This document shows, one piece after another, positions 61,698 to 64,000 of a DNA stretch of 64,000 nucleotides. The stretch is from Mobula hypostoma (taxonomy: Eukaryota), in contig NC_086101.1 in assembly GCF_963921235.1 (NCBI RefSeq), positions 11,658,001 through 11,722,000 of the forward strand, written 5' to 3'. Within the stretch, counting starts at the first letter, position 1; every line of letters starts with the position of its first letter. The translations under genes and the position numbers were made by a program. Below the pieces are notes generated by a model. It was not told the DNA's origin. It saw only the letters and a list, made by a program, of their open reading frames with translations, and ran no database searches.

Positions 61698-62230
61698 TCA
61701 CAGAACTGGAGTGGAACCGGAGCAAATTCTCAGCCACTGGTTCTCATCCCAAGTCACGAAGAAAGGATAAAGAGTTTCTGTGAATTTATTCCCAGGGAAG
61801 GTGTGGAGGTGGGACTTGGTCTCTGCATTGTAAAATGAAACTGTCCCGGACTCGTAACTGAGATAAACTCCCAGTCTCCCGGGGATGGAACTGGCAGGGA
61901 GACGGGATCGAGGGGAGGTGAGTGCATAAAACTGGTCTCCCCACTGCCCTATGGTCCAGACTCCATTCTCTGGTGTCAGTTGTACCTTCCTCCTCCTCTC
62001 CACAGATTCTGCGGCGACTCCCAGACTCCAGCCCTGATTCTCCGCTACCTCCACCTCCCAGTAGTGTCTCCCCGTTGGGAAACCCTCCGATCCCAGCACA
62101 TAAAACCCATTCGTAAATCTCTTCCTGTTGTCAGGGAGATCCCTCTGGGTCCCGGTCACTCTTACACCCTTCAGATTGTCGGACACCTCAAGCTCTGGAG
62201 CTGCCGTTTCCACATCCAGGGTGACAGATA
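61698..62230 (-). CDS. TRIM gene D terminal PRY/SPRY (B30.2) exon; upstream exons lie right of the window
   Basis: AG acceptor at 62231-62232, then a 533-nt open exon (VSVTLDVETAAPELEVS..GRHYWEVEV..LYPFFVTWDENQWLRICSGSTPVL*), the same length as gene B exon 6. Sequence at 63655-63960 resembles intron 5 of genes A and C near their exon 5. Confidence 0.88.
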
Positions 62231-62864
62231 CTGTGGGGAGAAGCGAGAATTAGAGAGTTCCCAGGGATCAGCACAAGTCTCAGCAGCACTGTGCCAAAAC
62301 TAGGGAGAGACCGCTTGGCTCCAGGCCCAGTCAGACAGCTGCTGAAAACCCTACCGGCCTTGAACCAGACTACATCTGTCGTTGTTGTCTTCCCATAAAT
62401 TGCATCTCACCTTTCAAAATTTCCTGTTATTTTTCAAATATAAATGATTTCCTGATATAGCTAGTAGAGCAGGAGTGGAAAGCTGAACTATGGTGGAGGT
62501 CAGAGGGCAGAGAAGGGGGGGGAAATAAGAAAAAGTGGAGGGTCACAGAGAGGGCGAGGTACTCAAAACAGGGTTAGGATAGACACGGTGGTCAATGCGA
62601 GCAAGAGGGTGAGAAGGGTTCTATTGAATGCAGGTTTGTGAATTTGGAGGCAGATTTGAGGCTGAGGAGGATTGAGGGTGGCAGGAGTCTGTGAGGGAAG
62701 GAGGGAGAAAGATAGAAGTTCCAGTGGCCAAGGGAGTACTTAACTCAACCCATATGTTGTGTGTGTGTCTGTGTGTCAGACACGTGCATTTGGTGTCTGA
62801 CAGTGCACCTAATTTTAGCAAGACTTTATTGCATATTAAAGCTTTTACAATACACTTTAACTTT

Positions 62865-63360
62865 TAGAACACAGAACACTACAACACAGAACAGGCCCTT
62901 CGATCCATGATGTTATGCTGACCTAAGATCAACTAACCGTTCCCATCTACATAGCATTGCACTTGTCTATCATCCATGTGCCTATCGAAGAGTTTCTTAA
63001 ACATCCTTAATGTATATGCTTCTACCACCAACCTGGGAGGGTGTTCCATGGACCCAGCACTCTGTGTAAAAAGTTACCTCTGACCCACCCCCCCCCCCTC
63101 TCCATTCTTTAAAATGAAATCCCCTGGAATTAGCCATTTCTGCCCTGGGAATCAATCTCTGGCCACCCACTTGATCTGTGCCTTTTATCATCTTGTACAC
63201 CTCTATCAAGTTGGTTCTCATCCTCCTTCACTCCAAAGAGAAGAGCCCTAGATGGCTCAACCTATCCTCATAAGACATGCACTCTAATCCAGGCAAGTCT
63301 CTTCCACACTCGCTAAAGGTTTCACATCCTCCCTGTAATAAGGCGACCAGAACTGAGTGT
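62865..63360 (-). mobile_element. CR1 3' fragment
   Basis: MRTNLIEVYKMIKG..RLIPRAEMA motif. Confidence 0.75.
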
Positions 63361-64000
63361 TTGAAATGGTGCTCCCCACCTTCTTGCTCGAACTTCTCAT
63401 GTTTTTTTCCCAGTCCTGATGAAGGTTCTCGGCCTGTTTTGTCAACTGTTTACTCTTTTCTGTAGATGCTCCCTGGCCTGCTGAGTTCCTCCAGCATTTT
63501 GTGTGTGTTGCTTACATTTCCAGCGTCTGCAGATTTTCTCACCTTCATTCTAAGAGGAGGTCTACTCAGGGTTTTCTAGAGCTGCAATATGACCCTGGTG
63601 CTCCGGACTGCCCCTTGTTATGAAGATGAATACACACAGGTTACTCTATAATGGTGTCACACTGGTTAAAGAGGTATCGACACGCAGAGGATTCAGGAGA
63701 AACACCGTCTAAGTGAAGTCAGAGAAACTCACTGAGGATTGAGGGAAATATTCTGCCAATCCTGAAGAAACACCTGGTTAATTTTGGGTAGTTGCTCTCA
63801 GACAACTAGAAAGCAGTGGGGCTTCCAGGAAGGGAGACAAGTCGTAGCTACTGTGAGATTAAGGGGCAGGTAGAACATTTGGTTTAGTGCTGTTCCCTAG
63901 TATTCAATGTCTGGGAAAATGAAAGTTAATTATTTGGTATATTATTAAATAGGAATTCTAATAGAGCTTGTTCCTCATCAGTATTTAATAAATGAAATAA

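Overview
Eukaryotic vertebrate genomic DNA. The repeat content (CR1 LINEs with (TTTCTATG)n tails, V-SINE-like SINEs, abundant Penelope-like elements) suggests a cartilaginous fish, probably a ray; this is inference. The window holds a minus-strand, head-to-tail tandem cluster of class IV TRIM E3 ligase genes (RING-Bbox2-coiled coil-PRY/SPRY(B30.2); TRIM39/A33/NF7-like). It contains two complete 6-exon genes (16786-23725 and 37194-52172), one gene whose B30.2 exon lies left of the window (3172-12096), one gene seen only as its B30.2 exon (61698-62230), and an orphan pseudogenised B30.2 exon (~58330-59197). The rest is mostly nested transposons: CR1, Rex1/Babar-like, L2, RTE, Penelope-like, Tc1/mariner, a hAT-like element and a probable solo LTR. 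The most striking feature not shown in the ORF track is a set of about 15 copies of a minimal hammerhead-ribozyme motif (CUGA(U/C)GA...GAAAC-GUC) carried by Penelope-like termini. Three copies have intact cores. Some occur as palindromic 140-260 bp inserts with their own target-site duplications. All exon boundaries were read by eye from GT/AG sites and reading frame; no database searches were run.
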